Shown: positions 1 through 9,126, counted from the first letter of the stretch. The stretch is 64,000 nt of DNA from an uncultured Candidatus Saccharibacteria bacterium (GCA_964649715.1 CAZYTH010000004.1:18135-82134); one strand, 5' to 3'. Translations and numbers: made by a program. The notes: generated by a model from the sequence alone, not told the origin.

Positions 1-1746
1 TTGGGTTTGGAAAAATTGGATAAGGTAAAAAGGGTTGAGGTAAAGGGAATCTATGTGAACATACTATTGAACCCTATCGTTTTTTCTTTTTTTATTAAAG
101 ATGTTTTGTCCCTAGAAGGAAAATATGGAATGTCTGATATAAATAAAGGAAAAAGTATTGTTCTTGACTATTCAAGTCCAAACATGGCGAAGCATCTTCA
201 TGCGGGACATGTTCGTTCTACAATGATTGGAGAGGTTCTTGCAGAGATATATGAGGCGACTGGATATACAGTTCACAGGTTAAACTATCTCAATGATTGG
301 GGTGGGATGGGAACTCTGATAGAAGCTTATCTGCGTTTAAAAGAAAAAAACATCTTACCAAAAACGGATTCTGAGAATGACATGTTAGATCATATTTATC
401 AGTTTGTAAGAAGGGCGGAAAAGTTTTCCACTATACATAATTTTGAAAAAATCTTAGAAGAAGATCGGTTGTGGCTTGTCGGTGTTTTTGGCGAGTTTTC
501 TGACATAGGGGAATACAAGATTAAATATAAAGAATTTAAAGAAAGGGCCAACGAAAGATTCCGTAATTTAGAAAATGGCAAAAGGGAGGAATTTGATTTG
601 TGGTTTATGATGCGCGGGTGGAGTATGAAAGAGTTCAATAAATTTTATGAACTTCTTAAGATCAATCACGACTATTTATTGGGTGAGAGTTTTTATGCAA
701 AGAAAGGGAAAGAATTTATCGCCGAAAAGATAAAGACAAATGAGGTTGTTTTATTCACCGAAGAACTTGCTCTTGTTGAGGCAAAAAAAGCTCAATTGGA
801 GTTTGAATCAGAAACAATAAAAAAGACTGTTTTAGAGAAACTTTTAGAGGAAATAAACAACGATATCGGTGCATATGTGGTAATGCTTCCTTCTGGCGCT
901 CGTTTGGTCATTATGAGGGCCGACGGAGCTACAATATATGCCACAAGAGACCTAACAAGCATAAAACACCGCCTAGAAACGTTTTATCCATCTAGGCTCG
1001 TCTACGAGGTTGGTCAAGAGCAAACAGAGCATTTTAAGCATATTTTTGAGGCCTCACTTTTAATGAATATGAATGAGGGCTCAAATATTGATTTTAAGCA
1101 CATCTCCCACGGATTTTATGTGGATGCAGAGACGGGTCGAAAACTCTCAAGTAGAGAAGGAGCACAAAATATTATTTCTCTTATTGAGGAATCAATAAAG
1201 TATTTTAGAAGCAAATATGACAAGAAAGAAGATTTTTCAAATGAAGAAAAAAATGACAACGCAAAGAAGCTTGCTATTGGGTCAATAGCTTTTAATGATA
1301 TTAAACAAGACAAAAGATTTCCAATAAAATTTTATGGGAGCATTGAAAAGAATATAAAAAATTTTGAGGAATCAGGCGGTGCGTATATTATGTATTCAAT
1401 CGCCCGTGCAAAAAGCATTTTGAAAAAATCAGACAAAAAAATTGAGGAGATTAATGTTGAAGAACTAGATCTTTCTGCTTTGGAATTGATAGAGGTCGGC
1501 TTACTCAAAAAAGTTGCTAGTCTTCCTGAAATTGTTTTGAAGGCGGGGGAGACCGACAATCCCGCAATTGTCGCGGAATTTTTGCTTAATCTTGCAAATG
1601 AATACAATAGTTATTATGAAAATCACGAGGTATTGCTCTCTGGTAAGTTGGAATATCCGCATCGTCTCTTAATTACATATGCAGTTGCCGTAGCGCTTGA
1701 AAATGGTCTTAATCTTTGTCATGCAGATGTCCCAGAGAGAATATAA
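1..1746 (+). CDS. argS: arginyl-tRNA synthetase (class I), 5'-truncated at window edge
   Basis: HIGH-type motif HAGHVRS at about aa 66 and KMSK-like KLSSREG. The ORF runs from base 1 with no upstream context, and the N-terminal Arg_tRNA_synt_N region appears to be missing. TAA stop at 1744-1746. Confidence 0.85.
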   Translation: MGLEKLDKVKRVEVKGIYVNILLNPIVFSFFIKDVLSLEGKYGMSDINKGKSIVLDYSSPNMAKHLHAGHVRSTMIGEVLAEIYEATGYTVHRLNYLNDWGGMGTLIEAYLRLKEKNILPKTDSENDMLDHIYQFVRRAEKFSTIHNFEKILEEDRLWLVGVFGEFSDIGEYKIKYKEFKERANERFRNLENGKREEFDLWFMMRGWSMKEFNKFYELLKINHDYLLGESFYAKKGKEFIAEKIKTNEVVLFTEELALVEAKKAQLEFESETIKKTVLEKLLEEINNDIGAYVVMLPSGARLVIMRADGATIYATRDLTSIKHRLETFYPSRLVYEVGQEQTEHFKHIFEASLLMNMNEGSNIDFKHISHGFYVDAETGRKLSSREGAQNIISLIEESIKYFRSKYDKKEDFSNEEKNDNAKKLAIGSIAFNDIKQDKRFPIKFYGSIEKNIKNFEESGGAYIMYSIARAKSILKKSDKKIEEINVEELDLSALELIEVGLLKKVASLPEIVLKAGETDNPAIVAEFLLNLANEYNSYYENHEVLLSGKLEYPHRLLITYAVAVALENGLNLCHADVPERI

Positions 1747-1767
1747 GATAAATTATCAATTATTTAT

Positions 1768-2802
1768 ATGTCCATCGCATTTTATAGAAAATATAGGCCA
1801 AGGAATTTTAAAGAGGTTTTGGGGCAAGAGAATATAGTGTCCGCACTTGAGGGTGCGATTATTCAAGGCAAAGTTTTTCACGCTTATCTTTTTACGGGTT
1901 CGCGAGGAACAGGAAAGACGAGTATCGCAAGAATTTTTGCCAAAGAAATTGGCACCTCAGACAAGGATATCTATGAGCTTGATGCAGCCTCTAACACAAG
2001 CGTGGAGGATATTCGCGAAATCATTGAAGGTTCAAGAACCCTTCCTTTTGAATCACAAAAAAAAGTTTACATAATAGACGAGGTTCATATGCTTTCTAAA
2101 AGCGCTTTTAACGCTTTTCTGAAGACACTAGAGGAACCGCCTCAACATGTGGTTTTTGTTCTGGCGACGACAGAAACACATAAATTGCCTGCGACAGTGG
2201 TTTCAAGATGCCAATCTTTTTCCTTTAAAAAACCTTCAAATGAGATAATAAAAAAGGCGATAGAGAGAGTGGCAAAAGGTGAGGGTTACGAGATAGATAA
2301 AAATGCACTAGATTTAATTGCTACTTTGGGGGAAGGATCCTTCCGTGATGCCATCGGAATTTTTGATCAAGTTTCAAATACTGTAAAAAATAAAAAAATT
2401 AAAATAGAGGATATCGAGTCATTGACCGGAGCTCCGAGAGGGGAGATAATTCACGGAATAATAAAAGCAATATTGGATAAAGAAACTGAAGTTGCTATTT
2501 CTTTTTTGCACAAAGCGATAGAGGCAAATGTCGAGATGAAGGTTTTTTTAAGGCTTATCCTCAGGGATTTAAGAATTATTCTTCTTCTTAAGTTTGCTCC
2601 TGAGATGGGTAAAAAACTTTCAGATGAGTTATCTGAAGTGGAAGTTAAAATTTTTGAAGAAATGAAAGAACACAGAAACATTTCCATACTACCAAAAGCC
2701 CTTAGAGAGTTTATTTTTCTGCTCGGAGAAATAAATCACTCGAGCGTTTCGGAGATGCAAATAGAACTTGCGTTAATAAGTCTTTTGGGGCAAAAGGATT
2801 GA
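1768..2802 (+). CDS. dnaX: DNA polymerase III subunit gamma/tau (short form, clamp-loader AAA+)
   Basis: Starts YRKYRPRNFKEVLGQE, has Walker A GSRGTGKTS and the DEVHML box, and a TLEEPP sensor region. At 344 aa it is a short gamma-like protein. Confidence 0.85.
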   Translation: MSIAFYRKYRPRNFKEVLGQENIVSALEGAIIQGKVFHAYLFTGSRGTGKTSIARIFAKEIGTSDKDIYELDAASNTSVEDIREIIEGSRTLPFESQKKVYIIDEVHMLSKSAFNAFLKTLEEPPQHVVFVLATTETHKLPATVVSRCQSFSFKKPSNEIIKKAIERVAKGEGYEIDKNALDLIATLGEGSFRDAIGIFDQVSNTVKNKKIKIEDIESLTGAPRGEIIHGIIKAILDKETEVAISFLHKAIEANVEMKVFLRLILRDLRIILLLKFAPEMGKKLSDELSEVEVKIFEEMKEHRNISILPKALREFIFLLGEINHSSVSEMQIELALISLLGQKD

Positions 2803-2892
2803 GTTTTGGAGATTTTGATGTTATATTTGGCGTCGTCGTGATCTGGCGGTTGACGGAGAAGCAATGTGGTTTAATTTGTAATTGTTTATAGT

Positions 2893-2963
2893 TGCGGGAT
2901 CGTCTAATGGTAGGACAGCAGCCTTTGAAGCTGTTTATCCTGGTTCGAATCCAGGTCCCGCAG
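2893..2963 (+). tRNA. tRNA-Gln (anticodon UUG)
   Basis: Manual cloverleaf fold: acceptor TGCGGGA/TCCCGCA with U1:A72 and G73 discriminator (a Gln identity feature); D-arm GTCT/GGAC; anticodon stem GCAGC/GCTGT with loop CTTTGAA (anticodon TTG); T-arm CCTGG-TTCGAAT-CCAGG. CCA is not encoded. Confidence 0.85.
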
Positions 2964-3154
2964 TCAGGAGCTTGCTGTTGAGCAGGCGAGTGATGCAGGG
3001 AAGCGAATGAACTGCTTCATTCGCGACATGGATTCGAACAGCGGAGCTATAATTTTATGAGCCTGCCTACCGGCAGGCAGGCAACTGGCGAATAAAATAG
3101 CGAGCTGGTGACCAGGCAAATTTTTTGGAAGAAAAATTTAGCCGAGGGAGAAAC
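2964..3154 (+). other. GC-rich (about 52%) non-coding element between tRNA-Gln and a 15-bp direct repeat of its 3' end; possible integrated-element remnant or structured ncRNA
   Basis: Composition is very unlike the rest of the window. Internal inverted repeats gcgaatgaa/ttcattcgc and gcctgcc-tacc-ggcaggc. Bounded by TCCAGGTCCCGCAGT at 2950-2964 and 3155-3169. Confidence 0.4.
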
Positions 3155-3169
3155 TCCAGGTCCCGCAGT
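3155..3169 (+). repeat. 15-bp direct repeat of the tRNA-Gln 3' end (att-like)
   Basis: Exact copy of 2950-2964 (tccaggtcccgcagt). Confidence 0.7.
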
Positions 3170-3195
3170 TTGTGGGTCTAGTGATATTTTTTAAA

Positions 3196-4422
3196 ATGAA
3201 GACAATAAATAAACCAGAATTACTTTCCCCAATACAAGATTATACATCGCTTACAGCTGCAATAGAAAATGGCGCTGATGCGGTTTTTTTTGGGATAAAA
3301 GGTTTCAATATGAGAGCGGGGGCGAAAAATTTTACAGAAAAAGATTTAAAAAAAATAGCGAAGATTGCACACAAAAGTAATGTGAAAGCGTATCTGGCTA
3401 TAAATATAATAATATACGAAAATGAGATCAAGAGAGTTACTGAATTATTAAAGAAGGTAAAAGAGGCGAAGATAGATGCTATTATTTGCTGGGATTTGTC
3501 GGTTATTCAAATTGCTAGAAAATTAGGAATAGAAATCCACATAAGCACCCAAGCAAGCATTGCTAATTCAATGTCAGCCGAATTTTATAGAAAGATTGGA
3601 GCCAAAAGAGTTGTTTTGGCTCGCGAATGTTCACTTGAGCAAATTAAAGAAATCAAAAAACACACAAAAGTTGAAATAGAGGTGTTTATTCATGGCGCAA
3701 TGTGTGTGTCTGTATCTGGCAGATGTTTTATGTCGCAATTCCTATATGGTAAATCTGCAAATCGCGGAGAATGTCAACAGCCATGCAGAAGAAAGTATTT
3801 AATTAAGCAAATTGATGGAGAAAAAGAGTTAGAATTGGGGGAGGACTATGTGATGAGTCCAAGAGATCTATGTACTATTAATTTTATTGAAAAAATTATT
3901 GATTCAGGGGTTTGTTCTTTAAAAATAGAGGGACGAAACAGAAGTCCTGAATATGTAGCTGTTGTTACAAAATCGTATAGGACTATTATTGATTTTATTT
4001 TTTCAGAAAAAAAACGAGGCAAGGAATTTTATGAAAAATTGGCCAGCTTAAAAGAAGAATTGAGTAAAAATCTAGAGACTGTATATCATAGGGGGCAAAG
4101 TAGCGGATTTTATTTGGGTAAACCTATGAATGAGTGGGTTGACGCTGAGGGTAATAAAGCCACAGAAAGAAAAATACAGATTGGTAAGGTCGTTGATTAT
4201 TACAAGAAAATTGGAGTTGCTGAAGTGTTGATATCAAACGGGAGTATAAAGATTGGTACGACTCTTCTCTTTCAGGGTCCAACCACGGGAAGCAAGCGAG
4301 AAAAGATAGAATTTTTGGAAATAGACCATAATTCAATTAAAAAAGCGACAAAAGGACAAACTGTTGGAGTAAAAATAAATTCATTGGTTAGAAAAAACGA
4401 TGAAGTGTATATGGTGATTTAA
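3196..4422 (+). CDS. peptidase U32 family protein (collagenase-like / RlhA-TrhP-type)
   Basis: U32 signature E-x-F-x2-G-A-x-C-x4-G-x-C (EIEVFIHGAMCVSVSGRCFMS) and a downstream EGRNRSPEYV motif. The ORF track starts at 3172, inside the tRNA-end repeat, so the ATG at 3196 (MKTINKPE) is preferred. Confidence 0.75.
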   Translation: MKTINKPELLSPIQDYTSLTAAIENGADAVFFGIKGFNMRAGAKNFTEKDLKKIAKIAHKSNVKAYLAINIIIYENEIKRVTELLKKVKEAKIDAIICWDLSVIQIARKLGIEIHISTQASIANSMSAEFYRKIGAKRVVLARECSLEQIKEIKKHTKVEIEVFIHGAMCVSVSGRCFMSQFLYGKSANRGECQQPCRRKYLIKQIDGEKELELGEDYVMSPRDLCTINFIEKIIDSGVCSLKIEGRNRSPEYVAVVTKSYRTIIDFIFSEKKRGKEFYEKLASLKEELSKNLETVYHRGQSSGFYLGKPMNEWVDAEGNKATERKIQIGKVVDYYKKIGVAEVLISNGSIKIGTTLLFQGPTTGSKREKIEFLEIDHNSIKKATKGQTVGVKINSLVRKNDEVYMVI

Positions 4423-4548
4423 ATCTATAATGCCATTGGCGCAATTTTGAGTTATTCTTTTGTGCTTTTGGGCGTTTTTTGCATTCTCCTCTCGTTTTGT
4501 AAATTATTTGATATTGAAAAAAGTTGAGTATCTTCATAGTATATAAAT

Positions 4549-4959
4549 ATGAAGATATTTATTTGTGCCAGTAAATATAATTACCACAGGATTCCAGATA
4601 TTGCTTTAATGTTGGAAAAGAAGGGACATGTTTTAACTATGCCAAATAGCTATGATAATCCTTTTATGGAGGAAGAGATTAAAAAACTTAGTAAGGAGAA
4701 ACATATATTATGGAAGAAGGAGATGCTCAAGAAAGATGAGAAAAACATAGAACCACAGGATGCGATACTTGTTCTAAACTTTGAGAAGAATGGCATACAA
4801 AATTATATTGGTGGTGCGACTTTTTTAGAGATATATACCGCTTTTCGGTTGGGCAAAAAGATCTTTCTTTATAATCCTTTACCACAATGTCTTTTTACTG
4901 ATGAGTTGTGTGGTATTGATCCCATTATTATCAAGGGGGATTTAAATGAAATAATTTAA
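4549..4959 (+). CDS. hypothetical protein (136 aa; possible nucleoside 2-deoxyribosyltransferase-like fold)
   Basis: Complete ORF with no confident motif. The fold guess rests only on weak pattern similarity. Confidence 0.4.
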   Translation: MKIFICASKYNYHRIPDIALMLEKKGHVLTMPNSYDNPFMEEEIKKLSKEKHILWKKEMLKKDEKNIEPQDAILVLNFEKNGIQNYIGGATFLEIYTAFRLGKKIFLYNPLPQCLFTDELCGIDPIIIKGDLNEII

Positions 4960-4999
4960 TAATTTTTCGTCCGAACCTTGAGATGTACCTCTTTTTGTG

Positions 5000-5028
5000 T
5001 TGACATGTTTTTAAAATAAATATATAAC
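5000..5028 (+). promoter_or_regulatory. near-consensus sigma70 promoter (TTGACA-17-TATAAC)
   Basis: ttgaca at 5000-5005, a 17-nt spacer, then tataac at 5023-5028, about 130 nt upstream of the ATG at 5156. Confidence 0.55.
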
Positions 5029-5155
5029 AATAAAAAATAATTCGCGTGATTGTGGTACGCAAAGGTTCTTTGGAATTTTTTAACATTAATAGTTGTGCAA
5101 AAGCTGACCATTTAAAGAACGGTTGGCTAAATTCATAAAAAAAGGGGTCAAGTCA

Positions 5156-5749
5156 ATGAGTAGAGACGTATCTCGTGATCAAGCCCTACAAATTTCCTCT
5201 CGGGTCGCAACTCAGGTTAAATGGGAAGAGCTCGATGGTGACGGTCTTCGGGAGGTAACCAATCTTTCTCCTGAGGAATTCGGCAAGAGATTCACAATTT
5301 TTCTGAAGAATGGTGCTCGTTTTCAAGTTTTTGGAAAACATACGATTGATTGTGATAAGGACCCGGTCATTCCCAGTGGGTGGTTTGTTGTTGAGCACAA
5401 GAGAGATGGACAGGTAGTATGGGATCAATCAAAAGTATCTCTCTATTTGTCTAAAGAGCAACGAGGGGGAAAAATTCAGGGCAACAAATTACACGAGGAA
5501 CTCAAAGACAAACCAGTTTTGAACGCAAACGTTCTTGATTACCTTCTTGAACATCAAGAGATTATTCCCGAAGAGTGGAAGAAAAAATCAATCTATTTTT
5601 GGGGAACGATTTTCCGTCTTTCGCTTAATGGTCCGGGCGGTTTTTATGTTCGCTTTCTTTCTTGGGATGGACTTGCGTGGAGGGATAGATGCCATTGGCT
5701 TGATTGTTTGTGGAACGAGAGTGAGCCCGCTCTTTTGATTTGTGCATAA
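5156..5749 (+). CDS. hypothetical protein, Trp-rich C-terminus, compositionally atypical (about 48% GC)
   Basis: The ORF track starts at 5123. The ATG at 5156 has a better RBS (aaaggggtcaagtca-ATG). No recognisable domain. Followed by a strong terminator. Confidence 0.5.
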   Translation: MSRDVSRDQALQISSRVATQVKWEELDGDGLREVTNLSPEEFGKRFTIFLKNGARFQVFGKHTIDCDKDPVIPSGWFVVEHKRDGQVVWDQSKVSLYLSKEQRGGKIQGNKLHEELKDKPVLNANVLDYLLEHQEIIPEEWKKKSIYFWGTIFRLSLNGPGGFYVRFLSWDGLAWRDRCHWLDCLWNESEPALLICA

Positions 5750-5762
5750 GGTTGTCGTTTCT

Positions 5763-5794
5763 AGCGTTCGATATCTGTCGGACGCTTTTTTTTG
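5763..5794 (+). terminator. rho-independent terminator
   Basis: 8-bp stem agcgttcg/cggacgct with one G-U pair, followed by T8. Confidence 0.7.
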
Positions 5795-5872
5795 AATAAC
5801 ATATATACTTGTAAACAAAAGATATTTTGCTGGTTGTTGAAATTGTCAAACGATAATAAATTTTAGATTTTA

Positions 5873-5896
5873 AAAACCTCCCCAAAAAGGGAGGTT
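5873..5896. terminator. hairpin (aaacctcccc-aaaaa-gggaggttt), likely terminator for the minus-strand ORF 5918-6160
   Basis: Perfect 7-8 bp GC-rich stem immediately downstream, on the minus strand, of the small ORF. Confidence 0.5.
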
Positions 5897-5917
5897 TAAG
5901 CTTCGTGGAGAAATGGG

Positions 5918-6160
5918 TTATATCATTAAACCCAGTTTTTGGGCGAGTGTATCTATTTTCTTTTCATTTTCAGGTTCATCACAGAAGGAGTCGTTGAAAT
6001 TTTCTACGGAGAGGATTTTTAGTACGATAGGTATGTCTTTTACTTGGAATTGATCCATTTTCATTTCCTCAATCTTGTTTCGAAGTGAAGATGTTTTTTT
6101 ATAAACTCTTTTGTGTCGTGCCTGTCTTTCTTCATAATTCTCATTTTTATTCCACAACAT
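5918..6160 (-). CDS. hypothetical small protein (80 aa)
   Basis: ORF only, in an AT-rich intergenic context. Weak call. Confidence 0.3.
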   Translation of the reverse strand: MLWNKNENYEERQARHKRVYKKTSSLRNKIEEMKMDQFQVKDIPIVLKILSVENFNDSFCDEPENEKKIDTLAQKLGLMI

Positions 6161-6374
6161 CTTTACCCTCCATTTTTTTAAGAATTTTTAGATAACAGAA
6201 TAAATGTTCATCTAAGAGGGAAGGCTATCATATCGATGAAAAATATCAAATTTAGCTCGAATGGGTGAGTGAAGATGTTGGTTTATTTTTAGTCATTTTA
6301 AATTCTTTATTTTGTATCGGTGTCGTGCTAAAATATTTGGTAGAAGTTTATTATTTAATTAATCATAATTTTAC

Positions 6375-7136
6375 ATGGAAATATTTCTATTTTTTGTTTT
6401 TTGTTTTTCTTTTTTCTTATTTATGCTGGTCGTTGTAAGTATTCGTCAAATAAACCAATACGAGAGAGGTGTTAAATTTACTCTTGGGAAGTTTAGTTCA
6501 ATTATGGAGCCTGGTTGGAGATTGGTTCTTCCTATTTTTCAGGAATATCAAAAAGTTGACATAAGAGTAAAGGCGGTGGACGTACCAGATCAGAATGCGA
6601 TAACAAAAGACAATGTATCGGTTAGGGTAAACGCAGTTATTTATTATAAGGTTAGTGATGCAGAAAAGGCGATTGTTGAAGTGGAAAATTTCAGATACGC
6701 AATATCTCAATATGCGCAAACCACAATGAGGAATATTGTGGGAGAGGTGACACTAGACGAGTTGCTTTCAAACAGAGATAAGATTGCTGAGAGAATAAGA
6801 GAAATTGTTGACAAAGAGACAGATGCGTGGGGTTTGAAAGTGCAGAATGTTGAGTTAAAAGATGTAAGCCTTCCGCCAGAAATGGAAAGAACAATCGGCA
6901 AGCAGGCGGAAGCAGAAAGAGAGAAGAGGGCGGTTATTATCAATTCAGAAGGAGAATTGGCGGCATCACAAAATATCGCTAAGGCTGCTGAGATGTTATC
7001 CGCTACCCCAGGGGCGATTCATTTGAGGACGCTTCAATCTATAAACGATATGTCTTCAGATCAAAGCAACACAGTGGTATATATGATCCCGATGGAGCTC
7101 TTGAGGGCTTTGGAAGGTTTCTCTAAAAAACAATAA
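6375..7136 (+). CDS. SPFH/band-7 (stomatin/prohibitin-like) membrane protein
   Basis: N-terminal TM segment, then an SPFH core (VDVPDQNAITKDNVSVRVNAVIYYKV ... LDELLSNRDKIAERI) and a coiled-coil C-terminal region. Confidence 0.8.
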   Translation: MEIFLFFVFCFSFFLFMLVVVSIRQINQYERGVKFTLGKFSSIMEPGWRLVLPIFQEYQKVDIRVKAVDVPDQNAITKDNVSVRVNAVIYYKVSDAEKAIVEVENFRYAISQYAQTTMRNIVGEVTLDELLSNRDKIAERIREIVDKETDAWGLKVQNVELKDVSLPPEMERTIGKQAEAEREKRAVIINSEGELAASQNIAKAAEMLSATPGAIHLRTLQSINDMSSDQSNTVVYMIPMELLRALEGFSKKQ

Positions 7137-7164
7137 TCATTCTCTGTATTTTATATCGTTTTTT

Positions 7165-7195
7165 AAAATACCACACTGTGTGGTATTTTTTTATT
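7165..7195 (+). terminator. rho-independent terminator
   Basis: Hairpin ataccacac-tgt-gtggtat followed by a T-run. Confidence 0.7.
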
Positions 7196-7229
7196 GCCTG
7201 AACGTTAATTTTTGTTGTATACTTAAAAA

Positions 7230-7880
7230 ATGTTTTTTGAGGATATCGGATATCATGATAATAATTATAAAAACAGGCTTACGGTGTCTATCTGTTATTT
7301 GCTACGTTTTGTTGTCTTTATTTCATCGTTTATATTTTTTGGATGGGGTAATTGGGAGTCAGCAACAATCGCATTAATAATATTTGTGTTGATGATATTG
7401 CCTTCAATCGCAAAAGAACGTTACCATTTTTATCTCCCTTTTACATTAGAAATAGGAATTGTTTTTTTTATTTTCATTACTCTTTTTTTGGGACATATGG
7501 CTGAATTTTATGACTACATACCACTGTGGGATAAATTTGCTCATTTTCAGTCAGGTATTTTGCTTGGCATAACTGGCTTTATCCTTGTATATATCTTTAA
7601 CGAGAATAAGAAGATGAAAATAGACTTAAGCCCCTCTTTTGTTTCCTTTTTTGCAATCGCATTTTCTCTGGCCATCGGAGCCGTTTGGGAAATGGTAGAA
7701 TTTGTGGGTGATAGTTATTTTAATACAGCATGGCAATTAAACAATTCCGACACAATGTGGGATCTTATTGCTGCCGGCATCGGTTCGCTCATTGTTAGTA
7801 TTTTAGGGTATTTTTGGATGAACCTACACAATAGAATACCGTTTACACCTAAATTTTTAAGTTTCTTTAGAAAAAAATAA
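7230..7880 (+). CDS. hypothetical polytopic membrane protein
   Basis: Multiple hydrophobic helices and no catalytic motif. Confidence 0.5.
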   Translation: MFFEDIGYHDNNYKNRLTVSICYLLRFVVFISSFIFFGWGNWESATIALIIFVLMILPSIAKERYHFYLPFTLEIGIVFFIFITLFLGHMAEFYDYIPLWDKFAHFQSGILLGITGFILVYIFNENKKMKIDLSPSFVSFFAIAFSLAIGAVWEMVEFVGDSYFNTAWQLNNSDTMWDLIAAGIGSLIVSILGYFWMNLHNRIPFTPKFLSFFRKK

Positions 7881-7890
7881 CTTTTAAAAA

Positions 7891-8307
7891 ATGATAAAAT
7901 TTTTTAGAAATTTTATAATATTATTTATTTTTATATCTGGTGCGAGTTTTATTTTGTCAAAAGAGCCGTCGGTGTGTCTTGGTAGCGAATGTTTTTTAGA
8001 CACTTCATCTACTGAGGATGTTCAATCTGCTGTTGCCTCTGGCGAGATAACCTTAATTGATGTTAGAGAAAAAAGCGAATGGGATGAAGGACATATCGAG
8101 GGTGCTGTCTTTTTACCATTGGGTAATATCAAAAAAGACAGCGTTTCTGAATATGATAAACAAAAAAAGTTTTATGTTTATTGTCGTTCTGGAAGTAGAG
8201 CGGGTATTGCAGTTGAGAGGATGAAAGAACTTGGTTTTGAAAACGTGGCAAGTTTGGGCGGGGTTCTTGATTGGAAAAAAAATGGTGGGTTTTTGGTTAA
8301 AGATTAG
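7891..8307 (+). CDS. rhodanese-domain sulfurtransferase (secreted or membrane-anchored)
   Basis: N-terminal signal/TM segment. Rhodanese fold with active-site loop CRSGSRAG and ITLIDVREKSEWDEGHIEGAV. Confidence 0.8.
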   Translation: MIKFFRNFIILFIFISGASFILSKEPSVCLGSECFLDTSSTEDVQSAVASGEITLIDVREKSEWDEGHIEGAVFLPLGNIKKDSVSEYDKQKKFYVYCRSGSRAGIAVERMKELGFENVASLGGVLDWKKNGGFLVKD

Positions 8308-8336
8308 TATTGTTATTTGTTGATTTTTTATAAAAA

Positions 8337-8639
8337 ATGAAAGATTTTGTTAATTTTATTAGAGAGCAAGGTGTTGTCGGTCTGGCCGTCGGTTTTATTT
8401 TGGGTGGCGCTGTTTCAAAAGTTGTAACAGCTCTTATAAATGATATTGTTAATCCAGTCCTCGGTATTGTTTTGGGGTTGGCTGGTGATCTTAGGGTAGC
8501 ATCTTTGAGTATCGGTCCAGCTAAGATCCTTTACGGTGATTTTATAGCTGTTTTGATTGATTTTATTGTGGTCGCTTTGGTTGTTTATTTTGGTGTAAGG
8601 GTTATTGGTATTAATAATTTAGATAAAAAGAAAGAATAA
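8337..8639 (+). CDS. mscL: large-conductance mechanosensitive channel
   Basis: MKDFVNFIREQGVVGLAVGFILGGA ... NDIVNPVLG is a typical MscL TM1 and periplasmic loop. 100 aa. Confidence 0.85.
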   Translation: MKDFVNFIREQGVVGLAVGFILGGAVSKVVTALINDIVNPVLGIVLGLAGDLRVASLSIGPAKILYGDFIAVLIDFIVVALVVYFGVRVIGINNLDKKKE

Positions 8640-8644
8640 ATTTT

Positions 8645-9118
8645 ATGGGAAAATATTTTAGAGTAATAATTTTTTTTACAATATTTGTAGCAATTGTTTC
8701 TTTTATCTTTTCTTTATCAAAGAAGATTGATTCACCCGATAATATTGTCGGTGGGGATAGAGATGAACATGGATGTATCGGTTCGGCTGGTTATTCTTGG
8801 TGTGAACCGAAACAAAAATGTATTCGTGTCTGGGAGGAGTCTTGCGAACAGAATAGTGGCGGGTTGTCAAAATGTGGAATTGAAAATTGCCATGGATTGG
8901 AAATAAAATGCGGTTCTGAACCAGCTGAGATGTGCACCGCAATGTATGCAATAGGTGATAAATGCAGGCAATATGCTTCTTGCGGTTTTGTTGATGAAAA
9001 TTGCGTACAGATACAATATCCAAGATTTGAATCTTGCAAAAAATGCGTAGAAGAATGTATCTTTAAATACGACGGTGAAGAAACGACAGAAATATTTGAT
9101 TGCGAAAGTAAGTGTTAG
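8645..9118 (+). CDS. secreted cysteine-rich protein (about 17 Cys in about 125 mature residues)
   Basis: Signal peptide followed by a dense Cys pattern (CIGSAGYSWCEPKQKC...CESKC). Confidence 0.55.
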   Translation: MGKYFRVIIFFTIFVAIVSFIFSLSKKIDSPDNIVGGDRDEHGCIGSAGYSWCEPKQKCIRVWEESCEQNSGGLSKCGIENCHGLEIKCGSEPAEMCTAMYAIGDKCRQYASCGFVDENCVQIQYPRFESCKKCVEECIFKYDGEETTEIFDCESKC

Positions 9119-9126
9119 CTATCTGT

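Noticed and set aside
1847-2074. Small ORFs nested in or antisense to large conserved genes (for example 1847-2074, 2451-2687, 34373-34555, 38934-39200, 60834-61307 and many others in the track)
   Set aside because: They lie entirely within well-supported CDSs on other frames or strands and have no RBS or conservation signal. Treated as shadow ORFs.
2850-2878. Promoter for tRNA-Gln (TTGACG-17-AATTTG)
   Set aside because: The -35 is good but the -10 is weak. Too uncertain to list as a feature.
2964-3154. SRP RNA, tmRNA or RNase P RNA in the GC-rich element after tRNA-Gln
   Set aside because: It is too short for RNase P RNA or tmRNA. No domain-IV SRP motif (GGAAGCAGCCAAGG-like) and no tRNA-like 3' end were recognisable. 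Kept as an unknown element.
3172-3195. ORF-track start of the U32 peptidase at 3172
   Set aside because: It would begin inside the duplicated tRNA 3' end segment. The ATG at 3196 has comparable upstream context and avoids the repeat.
5186-5885. Minus-strand and alternate-frame ORFs overlapping the 5156-5749 gene
   Set aside because: They overlap the better-supported plus-strand ORF, which has the promoter, RBS and terminator.
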